A DNA stretch of 64,000 nt from Octopus sinensis (GCF_006345805.1 NC_043006.1:53816001-53880000); one strand, 5' to 3'; shown: positions 1 to 13,610, numbered from the stretch's first letter. The notes: generated from the letters alone by a model not told the origin. Translations and numbers: made by a program.

Positions 1-810
1 ATTTGACTGCCATCTTGCAGGACCAACCAGCCTTAGCGAAGTTAGATTTAACTTCACCCAAGTTCTCCTGTTGTCAATTTGCCTATCTTCCGCTTCCGTC
101 GGCTAAAGGCACTATTCTTTGTGATATCTCTACTGGTTCTCCCAGGCCACTCATGCCTGAGAATCACTAATACTCAGTGTTTGAGGCCCTGCAGTCCTTG
201 TCGATTCAGGCATCACTGCTTGTTTTTTCTGGCCAAATATGCATTGCACAATTACTTCTTGGACACATACTTGTTCCAAGTGCCAACGTTCCAAGATCCA
301 ACAGCACATTCATGCTCTGCTTGGATAGTTTTCTCCTCCAGAGGCCTGTTTTCGCCATGTCCACATTGATCTGGTTGGACCATGGCCTGTGAGTTGCAGG
401 TTCTCTTATATCTTGCTTCATCCACACATGCGCAGGGATTAGAGCCTTCCGGAAGCCCCTTATGCGCATGCGCAGTCATCAGCAGCAGCTAGGCTTGACC
501 ACCATTCTCTCTCTCTTTACCCCTGCTGCCAACCAAGCCAGATGTGACTTGACCAGCTCCGCGTGACTGGAATTCTGAAGGCGATCCACGACTTCGGCAA
601 ATCTGTGAAGAATGCCTTCACAATTGTGATTAAACCCACATTGCTGTTTCCACACCAAGGCAACCTGGCTACCGATTGTCCATAGATGCAACGCTTGTAC
701 AGACTGAAAAATAAATATTGTTATTTGTTCGGAGATTTTTGTTCCCGCTATTTTCCTTACCACAACTATGTAAGGAATTGTGAGGCGTCCATCCAGCGCC
801 AACCTCACTT
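1..810 (+). mobile_element. Degraded Ty3/Gypsy LTR-retrotransposon integrase fragment
   Basis: Plus-strand frames read ILCDISTGSPRPLMP..VFEALQSLS, then from 272 CSKCQRSKIQQHIHALLG*FSPPEACFRHVHIDLVGP. This is the HHCC zinc-binding region plus the first catalytic Asp of a Gypsy integrase. Stops and frameshifts are present; sequence beyond ~420 is only weakly recognisable. Confidence 0.8.
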
Positions 811-1029
811 CCTACAGACACAACACACTACCAGGAATTGAACTCACAATTTTATGATCATGAGCCAATTAATCTAACTATTAAGCCACACACCTTCGTC
901 AATGTGAATAAAAGGACCTCACAAACTCCACATCTCTACTTGCTTGTCAGCTTCTTTATCAAGTGTGAATCATGAATGATTAAGGCACTGAACATAGTGA
1001 CAAGTGAGATGTGTGTGATAATAGTTCTC

Positions 1030-1350
1030 AACATTCTGAAATTGGCCTTGACAAAGTATTGAAGGCCAATTTCAAAATACTGAGCCTTATGAAGGTGATG
1101 ACTAAGGACTGAGATATCTGGCACACTGTTGTACTCAACAAGACCTATGCACCACAACAGAATTGATACTGGTGCTGATGCCACTTAAAAAGCATCCAGT
1201 ACACTCTGTGGATTGGTTGGCATTAGGAAGGGCATCCAGCTGTAAAAACCATGCCAGAACAAACGATGGAGCTTGATGCAGCTCCTGGCCTTACCAGCTC
1301 CAGTCAAATCATCCGACCCATACCATCATGGAAAACAGATGTTAAATGAT
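1030..1350 (+). mobile_element. RTE-LINE-related 3' repeat (ttaggaagggcatccagctgt family)
   Basis: Shares the ggcattaggaagggcatccagctgta...catggaaa..gttaaatgatga tail with copies at ~3525-3750, 9020-9495, 20480-20760(-), 23160-23530, 33280-33670(-) and 39265-39480(-). Boundaries approximate. Confidence 0.7.
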
Positions 1351-1971
1351 GAGGTATGTATTGTCAAGGCCCTGTGATTGAGACAGCAGGACAATGACAG
1401 AAATTTGTGTGACCCAGAAGATAGCGATGACAAAGACCCAGGATATGTAGTGGGTAAACAGCAAGAGTATAATGGAAGAGTGATTACAGTAGAGGATGGA
1501 GAGTGAAGGTAGGGTGTACTGGATACAAGTGTTGCAACCAATTCACAAGCTTCAAGGTGAGCCAGAGAGGTCAAGTGATGATGGTGGAGGCAGGGAGAAT
1601 GGAAGTTAAGTGAGATCCTGTATCAGGAAAGAGCATTGGATAGATAGATAGATAACATGTGGTGGTATTTTTAGTTACACTGGATGCGTAGCACAGTAAT
1701 ACTGAGAAAAGGAAAGAGTGATTGAGAGATGAGTAACAGATATGGGTGGAAGGATGCTGTGTATGACCAACAGAAGATGAAGAATAAAGGTTTGGGTGGG
1801 AAAAACAAGTGAAATAAAGGTATCAGTAAAAGAGACATGGGCGACAGTGATATGAGCAATAAACAAATGAGTAATCAGGATGTGGTTCAAGTGACATGAG
1901 ATAAGTGTCAAGCCATACATGGACAAGAAGCTATCAAAAAGGCAAGTGATGCCAACTTGGCAGCTGATACA

Positions 1972-2247
1972 TAGGCAAAATCAAACAATGAAAGACATAA
2001 ACCAAAACATAAAAATAAATATAATTAATATAATATACAAAATAAATAAAATTTAAATTTTAAATTTATATTTATATTAATAAACTTTTTAATAGTTAAA
2101 ATAATAATTAATTAATTAAAAATTTATAAATTAAAAATTTAAAAAATATAAAAATATACATTTTAAATTTTATTTATTTTGTATATTATATTAATTATAT
2201 TTATTTTTATGTTTTGGTTTATGTCTTTCACTGTTTGATTTTGCCTA
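1972..2247. repeat. Foldback/MITE-like inverted repeat with an almost pure A/T spacer
   Basis: Arms 1972-2057 and 2162-2247 are reverse complements with 1 mismatch. TA lies at both ends, outside ggcaaaatc...gattttgcc. Confidence 0.8.
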
Positions 2248-2361
2248 ATAGTGGTTTTATCTCTAATTTAATTTATATATATATAAATATATATATACAC
2301 ATACATGTGTGTGTGTATATATATGTATATATATATACACACATACATGTGTGTGTGTGTA

Positions 2362-2720
2362 TACTCTTTTACTTGTTTCAGTCATTTGACTGCGGCCATG
2401 CTGGAGCACCATTTTTAGTCGAGCAAATCCACCCCAGGACTTACTTTTTGTAAGCCTAGTACTTATTCTATCGGTCTCTTTTGCCAAACCGCTAAGTTTC
2501 ATGGACATAAACACACCAGCATCGGTTGTCAAGTGATGTTGGGGGGACAAACACAGTATACGACAAGCTTCTTTCAGTTTCTGTCTACCAAATCCACTCA
2601 CAAGGCTTTGATCGGCCTGAGGCTATAGTAGAAGACACTTGCCCAAGGTGCCATGCAGTGGGAATGAACCTGGAACCATTTGGTTTGTAAGCAAGTTACT
2701 TACCACACAGCCACTCCTGC
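2362..2720 (-). mobile_element. tRNA-derived SINE, family A (octopus-type)
   Basis: Reverse complement of the recurring head gctgtgtggtaag..ggttcc, a central microsatellite, and the tail gcagtcaaatgactgaaacaagtaaaaga. More than 15 copies in the window. Confidence 0.85.
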
Positions 2721-4596
2721 ACCTATATATATATATATACGCACACACACACACATCTGCTTTCAAGTTGGCATCACTGACCTCTTTGATAGTCTTGTTT
2801 TACAGTTACGTCACATCTTTATACAGCTGTCCTCCTCCATATGCTTTACATGGCCATACCAATTCAGCTTTCTCTCCGGTTATTTAAAACTGTGGTGTGT
2901 ATCTATCCTTTTGTTGATGCTCAATACATAGACTTATATTAATGGTTTATCTGAGCCTGCCTCATCTCCACCAGTATCATCATTTTAAACCTGCTTTCCA
3001 TGTGGTCATGGATTGGATGTGCTGTCACAGTTTGAGTTCTTATGTGGAATTACTGCCCTCCAAATATCCCTGAACAAACCAAACCAAACACCCTTCATCT
3101 CTTTCTTACTGTCAGACATGGCCAGGCCATCGCCCTTACCGACAGAAATGATAATAAGCAAGCATTTTGAATTTATCTCCCTCCACAGTAAGCACCTGCA
3201 CAGCTTTCATGAAGCCAAATTTATGGAAGAACAGGACCAGTGTGTTACTAGTGGCCCTGTCCTCTTGAGATCTCCAGAAAGAGGAAGCAATGTTATTGCA
3301 CTTCAGCAAAAACCTTTTCTCTATGGTAGAAGGTCCTACAGTCTTTCATCCCCTCAGTAGCAAATTCCCTGTCTGTATGTTGTGCTACCCTCCACCAAGG
3401 TCCAATCATTTCACTTCACCATATATTATATTCCCTTCCTACCCAGGTACTACTCTGACCATTTACCCACTCTTTCATTCTCAGAATCTCAACCTTCTGG
3501 AAATTTATCCCTATTCAGCATTAAGAATGACATCTAGCCATAAAAACCATGCCAAAACAGACCTCACCAGTGTTGGCGCCATGTAAAAAACCACCCAGTC
3601 CACTCCGTAAAGTGGTCGGCATTAGGAAAGGCATCCAGCCATAAACATCATGCAAAAACAGACAGTAAAACTTGATGCAATCCCTTGGCTTGTCAGCTCC
3701 TAAACCGTCCAACCCATGCCAGCATGGGAAAATGGACATTAAACGATGATGAATATCAATCTCATCGATCTTATAATGCAAGTGAAGGTTATAGGCATGA
3801 ATCCTTTCTCTAGATATTGAAACAAAAATATGGTAGAATGGTTTACCCTTAAGCACAAAACACAATTTTACTCTTTTGGTGACCGTATCAAACTAACAAA
3901 TTCTAAAGTGGATGCTAGACGTGCTAGAAACAGCGACCAAATCACAATCCAAAGGAGAAGGGCACATTGTAAGATGTAGTCTAAAAAAAGATATGATCAC
4001 AGCAGTTAAAAATGCCTTTGATCATATATCTTACTCAAACAGGGATAGCCCGTTTTTTTTTTAAATTTAATTGTCCATTGTTTTAATTTGCTTCTTACCT
4101 TTGGATTTTTAAATCGTTTCTTCCTCCAAAAGAATTGAAAGAATTTTGTTTAACAAAATTGAAATACAAACGATAAATTGTATTTCTCATCTCCCTCTAT
4201 GCATCATGGAGTGGTTTCCACAATGAAAATAAAAGGTGTTTTGTTTTGTTTTTCTTGTCAGACAATGGTTAATAGAGACTATTGTTAAAAGATCACTTAA
4301 AAACTCATCTCATCACTCCCGACGCTCACGCAAAACAGAATATAACACATCAAATCCTTAATACACTTGCGCGCTACGAGGCCTGCACATATTGAATTAA
4401 TTTACATTACATACATACAGCATCATACATACACATCTACATCCACTTGTCTTTAAGACATGCGAAGGCTTGGCAAGTGATATAGGAAACGGGAAAACAC
4501 ATTCGCACATAACACTGTATAACACACATTCGCTTCACACTTCTATACGCTCTAATCTTCATTTCTATTCTACCTTGAGTAGCGAATGCATCCATC

Positions 4597-4630
4597 ATGT
4601 TTATCCTGACAAGATTTATTCTACTTATAG
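4597..4630 (+). CDS. Exon 1 of a 342-aa secreted/GPI-like Cys-rich protein (signal peptide start, MFILTRFILLI)
   Basis: ATG at 4597 with an in-frame upstream TGA at 4576. Ends in phase 1 at AG|GCAAGT, a consensus GC donor. Joined to exon 2 it gives MFILTRFILLIAYCTALA, a typical signal peptide. Confidence 0.7.
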
Positions 4631-6269
4631 GCAAGTCACGCTATTTTATTTTAATTTTATACAATTACTCGACTGTAATGTAGACGAAAAAAAGGGGTCA
4701 TTTTCTCCTCCTTACAATTTCTGCTGTTTTTTGAAGGACTTTCGTCTTTCTTTTTCTTTTTTTCAAGAAAGTTGTTCCCGAAAGTTATGGCGGATCCTCA
4801 AAAAATTCCTCGTTCTTTGAAACCAAAGAATTTCATGGAACTTGACATGTAACCGAATAGGTCAGTTTTTTGCTTTTTAACAGAACTCCAGTTCTGTTAA
4901 AGAAATAACAACCTATATGTTGGTTTAGACCATTTTCTGCATATTTGTTATTTATTTACCTTTTTTTCATTTTTTTCCTGTGATATGGAACCACTCTTAG
5001 ACTTCAGATCTACATATGTATCTCTTGTCTCACACAAGTATACACACCATTCGCGTCTAAGTTGTATAAACATCCTCCCTCACTCAATCAACATCTTTCC
5101 CTCTCTATCACATTCTTTCTCTCACTCATATATGTACGCACTTGGTAGTCCCTATATTATCGCTGGACCTACTGAAAAAGCAACCAAGTTCTACTGTCTT
5201 AGAAAAGGATATGTTGGATAATGTAGTCCTGGGTTCCTAGCACATAAGGAATCGATGAGATGGTCACGGTTGAAATATCTTTGATTATAGAACTGTTCGA
5301 TCAGAGTTGATAACACACATATATCTACGGTAACTAATGATTTTTTTTGTGTGTTGGCAAAAAGTACTAGAAATAATTTAAACAGTAGAATGAAATTTTA
5401 TATCACTCAGCATAAAATTTATTCCACTTATATTACTTATCAACGGGCATGCAAGCACAATACATTTTAAAGCACGAACCTATGCGGTCGGCCGACCTGC
5501 TAGAAATAGCACACAAAATATTCTTCAGATCATTCTATGCCGCCTTAAAACCTAGAAGGTCATATTGAAATGATAGCTTTCTACATACACCATATCTGAA
5601 AAAAAATTTTAAAAAGGCGAGATAGGCATGGCTGGAACAGTTTCCATTCGTATCTGTTAGACTCAGTGATAACCGATATTTTATTTATGTTGGGAAGCAC
5701 GTGTCGACCTGTGTGTGTGTGACGTACATATGTATGTAGATGCATGTTACAGTTGTATATGAAAGGGTTAAAACACTGCAAAATTCTTTCTGGTATTTAG
5801 TTACTTCCTTCTCCATTTTTGCCTTTTAATCCGTCCCTCCGATGTGAACAAGTTATTCAGTAGATCCGGTTTGAACTATGTTGCTTTTAGCAAGAAGTAG
5901 ACACAAATCAAGCGTTGTTAGAAAACAACCTTCCCAGAAAAATACGATGCTAAAATAAAAAATCGACCTTGGCAAGATTTGAATTTTTAGCACAAAAGCT
6001 ATTTGTCCGATGCTCTACCAATTCTGCCATTCAGAAAGATTTTTTTTTTTAATCTACTCGAGCTACACTCCCAATCTTAACGCCTGCTAAATCAATCTCG
6101 GTAAATTCCTCATTCTTTGTGTATGAATATATGGGTCTAATAGTTTCGCACCTCTCCTTGAAAAATGGGGGGGGGAGTTAAACTTTTTCGGATTCCTACG
6201 TTTTAGATGTCGATCCTAGATCTATTGAAACTGAAACGACAAACATTTGTGGTTTCAAATATAGGCCCA

Positions 6270-7275
6270 TCGTGGCTCTGTGGTAAGAGGTTTGTTTCCC
6301 AACCACATGGTTCCCCGGCATTCTTTCGATATAACTCGACAAAATCAAAACGTTTCACTTCGGGTATTTCCATGAATTGTGGAGTATAGCTACAACGAAA
6401 TTATGCCAACAATGTCTCATTTTAAACTTGAAGAAAAAAAGCCTAGCATATTTGTTCTTACCTGTTTCATGTGTGTATGTAAAATCCGCAAATTTCCAAG
6501 CAGAAAACAGAATCGAACTGTTATCTGCTTCTACGGAAATACCCGAAGTGAAATATTTTGATTTTGTCGAGTTATATCGAAAGAATGCCAGTTCCCCGTT
6601 TCAGTCCCACAGCATGGCACCTTCTGCTATAGCCTCTGGTCTACCAGTTTGGTAGACGGAAACTGAAAGAAGCTCGTCATATATATATATATATATTATG
6701 TGAAATAGAAAGATGAATAATCTTGTAGTAGATTAATCAAAAGTTTAACCGATACCTTAGTAGCAAAAATCACAGCAGTAAACAGCACGGTTGGAGGTAC
6801 AACCATCTGGCGTTGCAACCGTGCGTTGGTGCGGATAATTGAAATTAAAACATTATTGGTGAATTGAAGAAATGGAGCTGAACGCAGATTGAACAGAAAT
6901 CGTTTTATTTCATTCTACACGTGTTTCGAAAGGCACAAATTACCAAAATCCGATTGAATAATGGGACCATATTGTGTCTTTCTCTTCAGGAAGAAAAAAG
7001 GAAATCCGTTGGAAAAACAAAAACAGAACAGAGGCGGAGCAAAAAACAAATCGAACTGTGCTCCTAAGAGCCCATGGCGAATATATACATACATATACCT
7101 ATGTGTGTGTTTCTGTCTATGTTTGTCCCCCACTAACGTTTGACAACCGGTGTTTGTGTGTTTACATCGCCGTAACTTAGCAGTTCGGCAAAAAGCGACT
7201 GATAAAATAAGTAGCAGTGTCAAGGCTGTACCCCAGCATGGCTGCAGTCTGATGACTGAAACAAATAAAAGATAA
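6270..7275 (+). mobile_element. SINE family A split at its TA microsatellite by a ~380-bp insert
   Basis: SINE 5' part ~6270-6700 and 3' part ~7080-7275; unrelated sequence at 6700-7078. Confidence 0.75.
6908..6996 (-). ncRNA. Type I hammerhead ribozyme motif, canonical core, in a Penelope-like fragment
   Basis: Minus strand: tttcttc / CUGAAGA (6989-6983) / stem II gaaag-a-cacaa...ttgtg-c-ctttc / GAA / palindromic stem III ACACGUGU / A17 (6916) / gaa(t)gaaa. Folded by eye. Confidence 0.75.
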
Positions 7276-8501
7276 AATATATTTGTACTCTTCAGTTCAA
7301 CATATATCTACAAATGCAATATTTGGGCTACGTCAGTGTTATACTTTGAGCTCACTGAGTCTTTTAGGTTTTGCAGCAGACACCATCATCAAGGTGATCC
7401 AACCTAATCTGAACAAGCATATCAAAAGTGACATTCTACTAACCTTGATCAATCACTCCAATCTAGATGCTTTTTCAGCGACCTCTATATTATTCTTGAT
7501 CATTCTTCTACTGCTCATTTCCGTAATGCCCAAATTTATACCAAATATACTCATTTATTTATTTATGCGCCATTTTCAAACCTAACCAGGCTCATGGGCC
7601 CAGTTTCTGTGGCATATGTGTCCCCCCCCCCCCAGCTGGACGGGATGCCAGTCCATCGCAGCGTTACTCAAGAAACAGGAAGAGAGAGTGTGAGAAAGCT
7701 GGGGCAAAAGAGTACAAGAGGGTAATAGCATATGTTTTAAAGGAGATTTGTCTGCTACTTTTAGCAGGTTGAGTGACCATGTGTAGGATCTCTTGCTGGC
7801 TTACATAAGTTGTGCAGTGGAGTAATTTACCCTTTAGCATTCAGATGTAATGCTTATCTAGTCACATTCTTTTGAATTAATTATACATTATCTCATAGCT
7901 TCAGGATTCCAGTAATGTGATTGCTTATTTTTAGAATGACATTGTAGGGTAGGTGTGAGAGGCTGGATCTTGTCAGTTTAAAACTGTACTAAATGTTAGT
8001 ACCTATTGCCTTCAACTTTTATAAATGACTCACTGTTTAAGGGTGATCCTATCAATACTAGGGATTCCAACACCCAACACACTTTAAATTAGTTATATTT
8101 CAATAATCTATTTGTGTGGCAATGACAAATGGACAGATTTGCTTTATTAATGTTGCATGCTACTTAATTGATTACTATGATTTTTCTCCCAAATTTAAAA
8201 CAGATAAAACATTTGGATCAGACATGATCAGTTCAAATGCTAAAGAGTTAAAATAGGTTGTGAACAAATTTTGATTCTCAATTGTAGTTATTTCCTGGAT
8301 CAGGCTAATTTTGTTGCAGGAGTTGCATATGCTATAGACACTGTGCTAAATGCTTGCAGGCCATCAAATCCAATTCAGTGACTCTGTACTAACCATTAAT
8401 ACTCTTTTACCTTCAACTTTTATAAATAACTGAGTGTTTAAGGGTGATCCAATTCTAGGGATTCCAATACACTTTAATTCAAATTAGTTATATTTCAATA
8501 C

Positions 8502-8720
8502 TCAGGCGGCAAGCTTACAGAATCATTAGCACGCCAGGCAAAATGTTTGGTGGTATTTCATTTGTTTTTATGATCAGAGTTCAAATTCCACAGAGGTCAA
8601 CTTTGCCTTTCATCCTTTCAGGGTCGATAAATTAAGTACCTGTTGAGTATTGGGCTTGATGTAATTGACTTGTTCCCTCCTCTGAACTTGCCGGCTTTGT
8701 GCCAGAATTTGAAACCAATA
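8502..8720 (+). mobile_element. tRNA-derived SINE, family B (gtcgactttgcctttcatcctttcggggtcgataaattaagtacc core)
   Basis: Head aggcggc..gaatc.ttagcacgcc, the conserved core, and flanking tatttcaata repeats consistent with a TSD. Other copies at ~11265-11460(-), 13665-13900(-), 32020-32165, 34380-34730 and 49340-49555. Confidence 0.8.
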
Positions 8721-9019
8721 TTTCAATAATCTACTTGAGTGGCTATGATAAATGGACAAAGTTGTTTCATTAATGTCACAGGCTAATTAATAGAACTATA
8801 CTTTTGCTCATAAATAAGATCAGTCGAATGAATTATCATCATTAGCATTTAGCATCTACTTTTCCAGGGTCTCATGGGTCAGATGGAATTTATTGACAAA
8901 GATTTTCTACATCCAAATGTCCTTCTTGTTACCAATCCTCACTTGTTTTCAAACAAGATAATACTTTCCTGTAGCTAGGCATGTTTTTCACAGAAGACTG
9001 GAAACAAACAACCTCAGAA

Positions 9020-9495
9020 AAAGTGTCACACCCTAGTGGTTGAGGGAACCTGTGGAAGAGGTAGACTCAAGAAGACCTGGGATGAGACAATGACTAGTGA
9101 CCGAGACCTTTGGAAATATGCTGTGCTTGAGAAGACCCGGCAAGCCAAGTGAGACCATAACCCATGGCCAATGGTGTAACCAGCCCTCTTATATGTTCTT
9201 TTCCTTCATTGGACACTAAACTCTACTTGCGATGACCTGTTGAGACAAGTGAAATTGAAATCAAATTTGATGACAGCACTGCATGACTGGCATCTATGCT
9301 AATGGAGCACTAAGAGCACGATCCGAGTGTGATCGTTGCCAGTGCCGCTGGACTTGTGCAGGTGGCATGTAAAAAAACACCATTTGAGCATGGCCATTGC
9401 CAGTACCACCTGACTGGCCCTCATGCTGGTGGCATGTAAAAGCACCCACTACACTCTCAGAGTGGTTGGTGTTAGGAAGGGCATCCAGCTGCTCA
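9020..9495 (+). mobile_element. RTE-type LINE 3' end
   Basis: Reads VEGTCGRGRLKKTWDE..MTSDRDLWKYAVLEKTRQAK*, the GRP.KTW C-terminus typical of RTE ORFs, followed by the family 3' UTR. Confidence 0.7.
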
Positions 9496-11734
9496 CTGTA
9501 GATCTCCTTTGTTATCATTTGGTTTGGGTTCAAAAGTTTTAAAGTGGGCTAAACCTTTCATATTCCACCAAACCGACAACAACACCTTACATGGTTAGGA
9601 AGCAAGAGTCTCACTGATGCATACATACCTGCACCTATAATTATATTATAGACAGTGTGATGCTAATCACTCTCATTAAATTAAATCAGACAAGGTATTT
9701 TATTGTGTACATTTCTAATAGCACAAATAAAAAATTTTAATCAATATAGTCACATTTTCAATGTTAGACCACAAATAAAAAAAAAGAAGAAAATGTACAC
9801 CATGTTGGTGTTGAGAATATCAAGTGAGAATATTTAATTTGTGCTGTCAGCCACACAAGAATATATAGACTTTTTGACATGTCTTGACATGTTGTGTAAA
9901 CAAAAGGGTCATATCTGTGCTCAGACTTTGCTGTAGATTAGGGGGTTATTGCCTTGCCATAGGAAATTTACCTCAACAAATTTCGTTTGACCCATGTAGC
10001 CATGAGAAATTGGATGTTATATTGATGATGATGGTGGTGATAATGTAGTTTAGTTGCTTAGGTAACAATGCTGAACTTTTTGCGAGTTTGTGTAATGTAG
10101 CTTTTAAGCTTTGTGATTTTAGGTTTAGAATTTGTCGCTAGGTGTTTGTCAGTGTTTGCTGTTGATTGAGGCTGTGTATGAATGGTATAACAACACCTTG
10201 CAAATATATAGATATGATTTATTATCATCACACAAGTGATATATGTTCATTGTGAAAAGAATACCAGACACCAAGTGGTCAGTTAGTGTAGATGCAACAA
10301 ATGAACATTTTACACAGGGAGTTATTTGTTTTTGTTTGTTTTTTTGTTTTTTTTTTTGGTGGGGGCTTTTAGGTGGTGTTTTTTTTATTGTAATTATTAA
10401 AATAGCTCTTGAATGATATATAAAATAAAAGTGGTCAGAAGAGAGAGAGTATCAACCACTGACTTGTGGATTCCAACCATCAAGGACTTGGAAACAAGTC
10501 TAATGGCCAGTATGAAGTATTACAGTATTTCCAAATTTCTTGTGCTTCTTGAGCAATCATATGACCAAGATTTGATCACAGCTTGTTCACTCCATGAATT
10601 TTTGCATGGATTTATGCAAGCACAGTAGTCTACTTTTTCAAGCATTGAGCAAATAAACTAAGGAACTAACCGTGTATGTGAAGATTACCAACAACAAACT
10701 GTAAGAGATTATGAGCAAAATCACAAGTGATGATTTCAGTAAGTTTTATCACTCTTGAACAACTTGTTAAATCACAGATACCTTTTTATAAGTTATTATT
10801 TGATTGCTTTTTGTCCATCTCAAAACACTGGAAAACTTACCAAAGATGAATCATATATTCAGATTCCTTCATCTGTTACAGGTATGGCACTTTGGGCATA
10901 CTATAGCCCTACCTCATGAGTAAATTTGGTAGACAGAAACTGCGGAAGCTCTTCTTAAATACGTGTGTGTGTTTGTGTCTGTTTATCCTCCGCACCACTT
11001 GGCAACCAATATTGTTCTGATGTCCCCATAACTTACCAGTTCAGCAAAGTAGACTGATAGAATAAGTACCAGGTACTCATTAGGTACTGGGGGAAATTTG
11101 TCTGACTAAAAATCTTTCAAAGCAATGCCCCAGTATGACCATACTCCAATGTCTAAAACAAGTAATAAAAGACAAAACAATGGTCTTCAAATCTTGTTGA
11201 AATGACTTTCAGAAGATCTGGTATAAAGTCTTGGTGAAGAGTTTGGGGAGTTTACAAAACAGTTTAAAACTGATCTTGCTTCTCATATTGATTTCAAATT
11301 ATTGCACAAGGCCAGCAATTTCTTAGGAGGGGATAAGCTGATTACATTAACTGATATTTATTCTATCAACCCTGGAAAGATGAAAGGCAAAGTTGATCTC
11401 AGAGGATTTTGAACTCAGAATGTGAAGACAGACAAAATGCTAATGATTCTGCCAGCTTGCTGCTGTAATCTTGCTTCTTATATTGGCATCATGCAAGACC
11501 TTGTTTGGCTACATCTTTATCATGGCCATTTCTTATTTGCGTTTTGTTTTGCAAATATATAAAATGCTTTGGCCATCTATTTGTCACTTGTGGTCATCAA
11601 GCTGCAGCAGAAAATGGCAATTTGCAAATGAGCCAAGGAGTTCCATAGCACAAAAAAAAAAGAGGTCGAATCTAATCTCACTGTAATCAAAGAGGAGCAT
11701 CTGTGTGAAACAAACATTTCCAACATTATCAATG

Positions 11735-12133
11735 CACTAGTAGTATAGCCCAGCGTTGCTTGGGTTTGTTTTCTTTTCGACCCTTTAGAATTGGAATTTT
11801 TGAAAAGTAAAAATTTTGCCTTATGTAGCTTGTTATAATCTTTAAGTGAACATTTTTCTGGTTGAAATACACCGAAAAATGGCGACACAGCAGTAAAAAA
11901 ATCGTAAAAAATAGGGATTTTCATAGTAAAAAAGCACCTTTTTGATGTAAATAATTTTTGGTCTTAACATGGTCCAATTTAAATTTTTTCTTCTACAGAA
12001 TGAAGAGCAAGCCTTCTTCTATCATACTCTCAATTTTGGTCAACTTGCGCCGCAGGATCTCAAAGGAGATATTGTTAGTTAAAGGCTACCAAACCTGCCA
12101 CACACACAGACAACTTCAGCTTTATATATAAAG
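11735..12133 (+). mobile_element. Non-autonomous Helitron/DINE-like element
   Basis: Starts actagtagtatagcccagcgttgcttggg and ends acacacagacaacttcagctttatatataaagat. The same terminal architecture occurs at 60410-60805. Confidence 0.55.
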
Positions 12134-12467
12134 ATTTGCTCATATTAAATCAGAAAGATGTATCTTTAAACTGCAGTTTACTAAGCAATTAAAAAATTTC
12201 TTTTAATATTTCTATATGCATATGCATGTATATGTTTGCTTAATCTATAACATATGTTACAAACTTGGGAGTGATGCTATGTGTCTTAGTAGTTAGGGTA
12301 TTCAGCTCACAATCATAAGGTCATAAGTTCAATTCCTAGTGGTGTGTTATGTCCTTGAACAAGGCACTTTATTTCATATTGCTCTAGTCCACTCAACTGA
12401 CAAAAGTGAGTGGTACTTGTATTTATGTTATGCTGAATCACCCTAAGAACTATATTAAAGTCATAAC

Positions 12468-12483
12468 TCTCTCTCACTCTTTA

Positions 12484-12547
<64 letters not shown>

Positions 12548-12657
12548 ATATATATATATATATATATACATACACACATATATATATATATGTATAAGTG
12601 TGTATATATATATATGTGTGTATAAATGTATATATACATATATATATATGTGTATAA

Positions 12658-12689
<32 letters not shown>

Positions 12690-12718
12690 GTGTATATAAG
12701 TATATATATAAATATGTA

Positions 12719-12763
<45 letters not shown>

Positions 12764-12857
12764 AAGTATATATGTTTGTATGTATGTGTATGTATAAGTA
12801 TATATATGTATGTATATATATATATATATTATATATATATATATATATATGTATGTA
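12468..12857. repeat. Compound microsatellite (CT)n + (TA/TG/TATG)n
   Basis: Directly visible; it is the source of the spurious YIYI/RERE ORFs. Confidence 0.95.
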
Positions 12858-13266
12858 TAGGTCATCCTTGATTTATGACCACAATTGGTTCTGACTGACT
12901 GGTCGTAAGTTGGCCTATAAGCCTATATGGCTTTGTTTTATGCTTTTACATTCTTAAGGTACATTCTCAGGTAAAAGCCACACACACCATTCTGGCGTTA
13001 GTCATAAATTTCAGAGTCTCAAGCAGTCATCTTATAAACAAATACGAGGTTGCCTCGATGTCTCTGTGACAGGATAGTCATCCAACACAGTGGCAATCAA
13101 TAACCAAACCTAGGTGAAGCGTTTGTTAGCTGACATCATCCATAGATGGGTTAATTTCTAAGAAATTAAACCCATTAGATTTCAACTGGACAATTTATTA
13201 TTGCTGCCGAGTGCTGGCGCCCCAATCATTGTAAGGTCAAATAGGTCATAAGTCGATGACAACCAG
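12858..13266. mobile_element. Tigger/pogo-like MITE
   Basis: Terminal inverted repeats ggtcatccttgatttatgacc / ggtcataagtcgatgacaacc, TA-flanked. Confidence 0.55.
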
Positions 13267-13493
13267 TATATGTGTGTGTGTTATGATGAAAGACCAACAA
13301 TGGTACTTGTGTGTTGGGAGTGTGTGTATGTGTGGAATATGTATGCAAATATTCTCCAACATAATTGCCATTTGTTCTCTAGCTTTCATATCCTCAAAGT
13401 AATCAGCTTAAACCAAATAAGTGGTTATTTTTCTGCCTCATAACATTTCCTCACTATATCCTCTTTTTGTTTTAAGGAGTGCTCTTGACCACT

Positions 13494-13610
<117 letters not shown>

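Noticed and set aside
479-808. 109-aa minus-strand ORF with a superficial RT-like QCGF motif
   Set aside because: It is antisense to the Gypsy integrase relic recognisable on the plus strand.
7247-7265. ctgatgactgaaac (also ~16135) resembling a hammerhead core
   Set aside because: It is a point variant of the SINE A tail cagtcaaatgactgaaac, with no stem II or stem I pairing.
12406-12871. Long ORFs of YIYI/CVCV/THTH/RERE type (also 36228-36684 in part, 48552-48980, 53533-54254, 58342-58930, 61144-61591)
   Set aside because: They are translations of microsatellites, which lack stop codons by composition; there is no coding signal.
13343-13398. Alternative first exon MQIFSNIIAICSLAFISS with donor aa|gtaatc
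   Set aside because: It ends in phase 2, incompatible with exon 2, and the donor is weak. It could only join exon 3, and nothing supports that.
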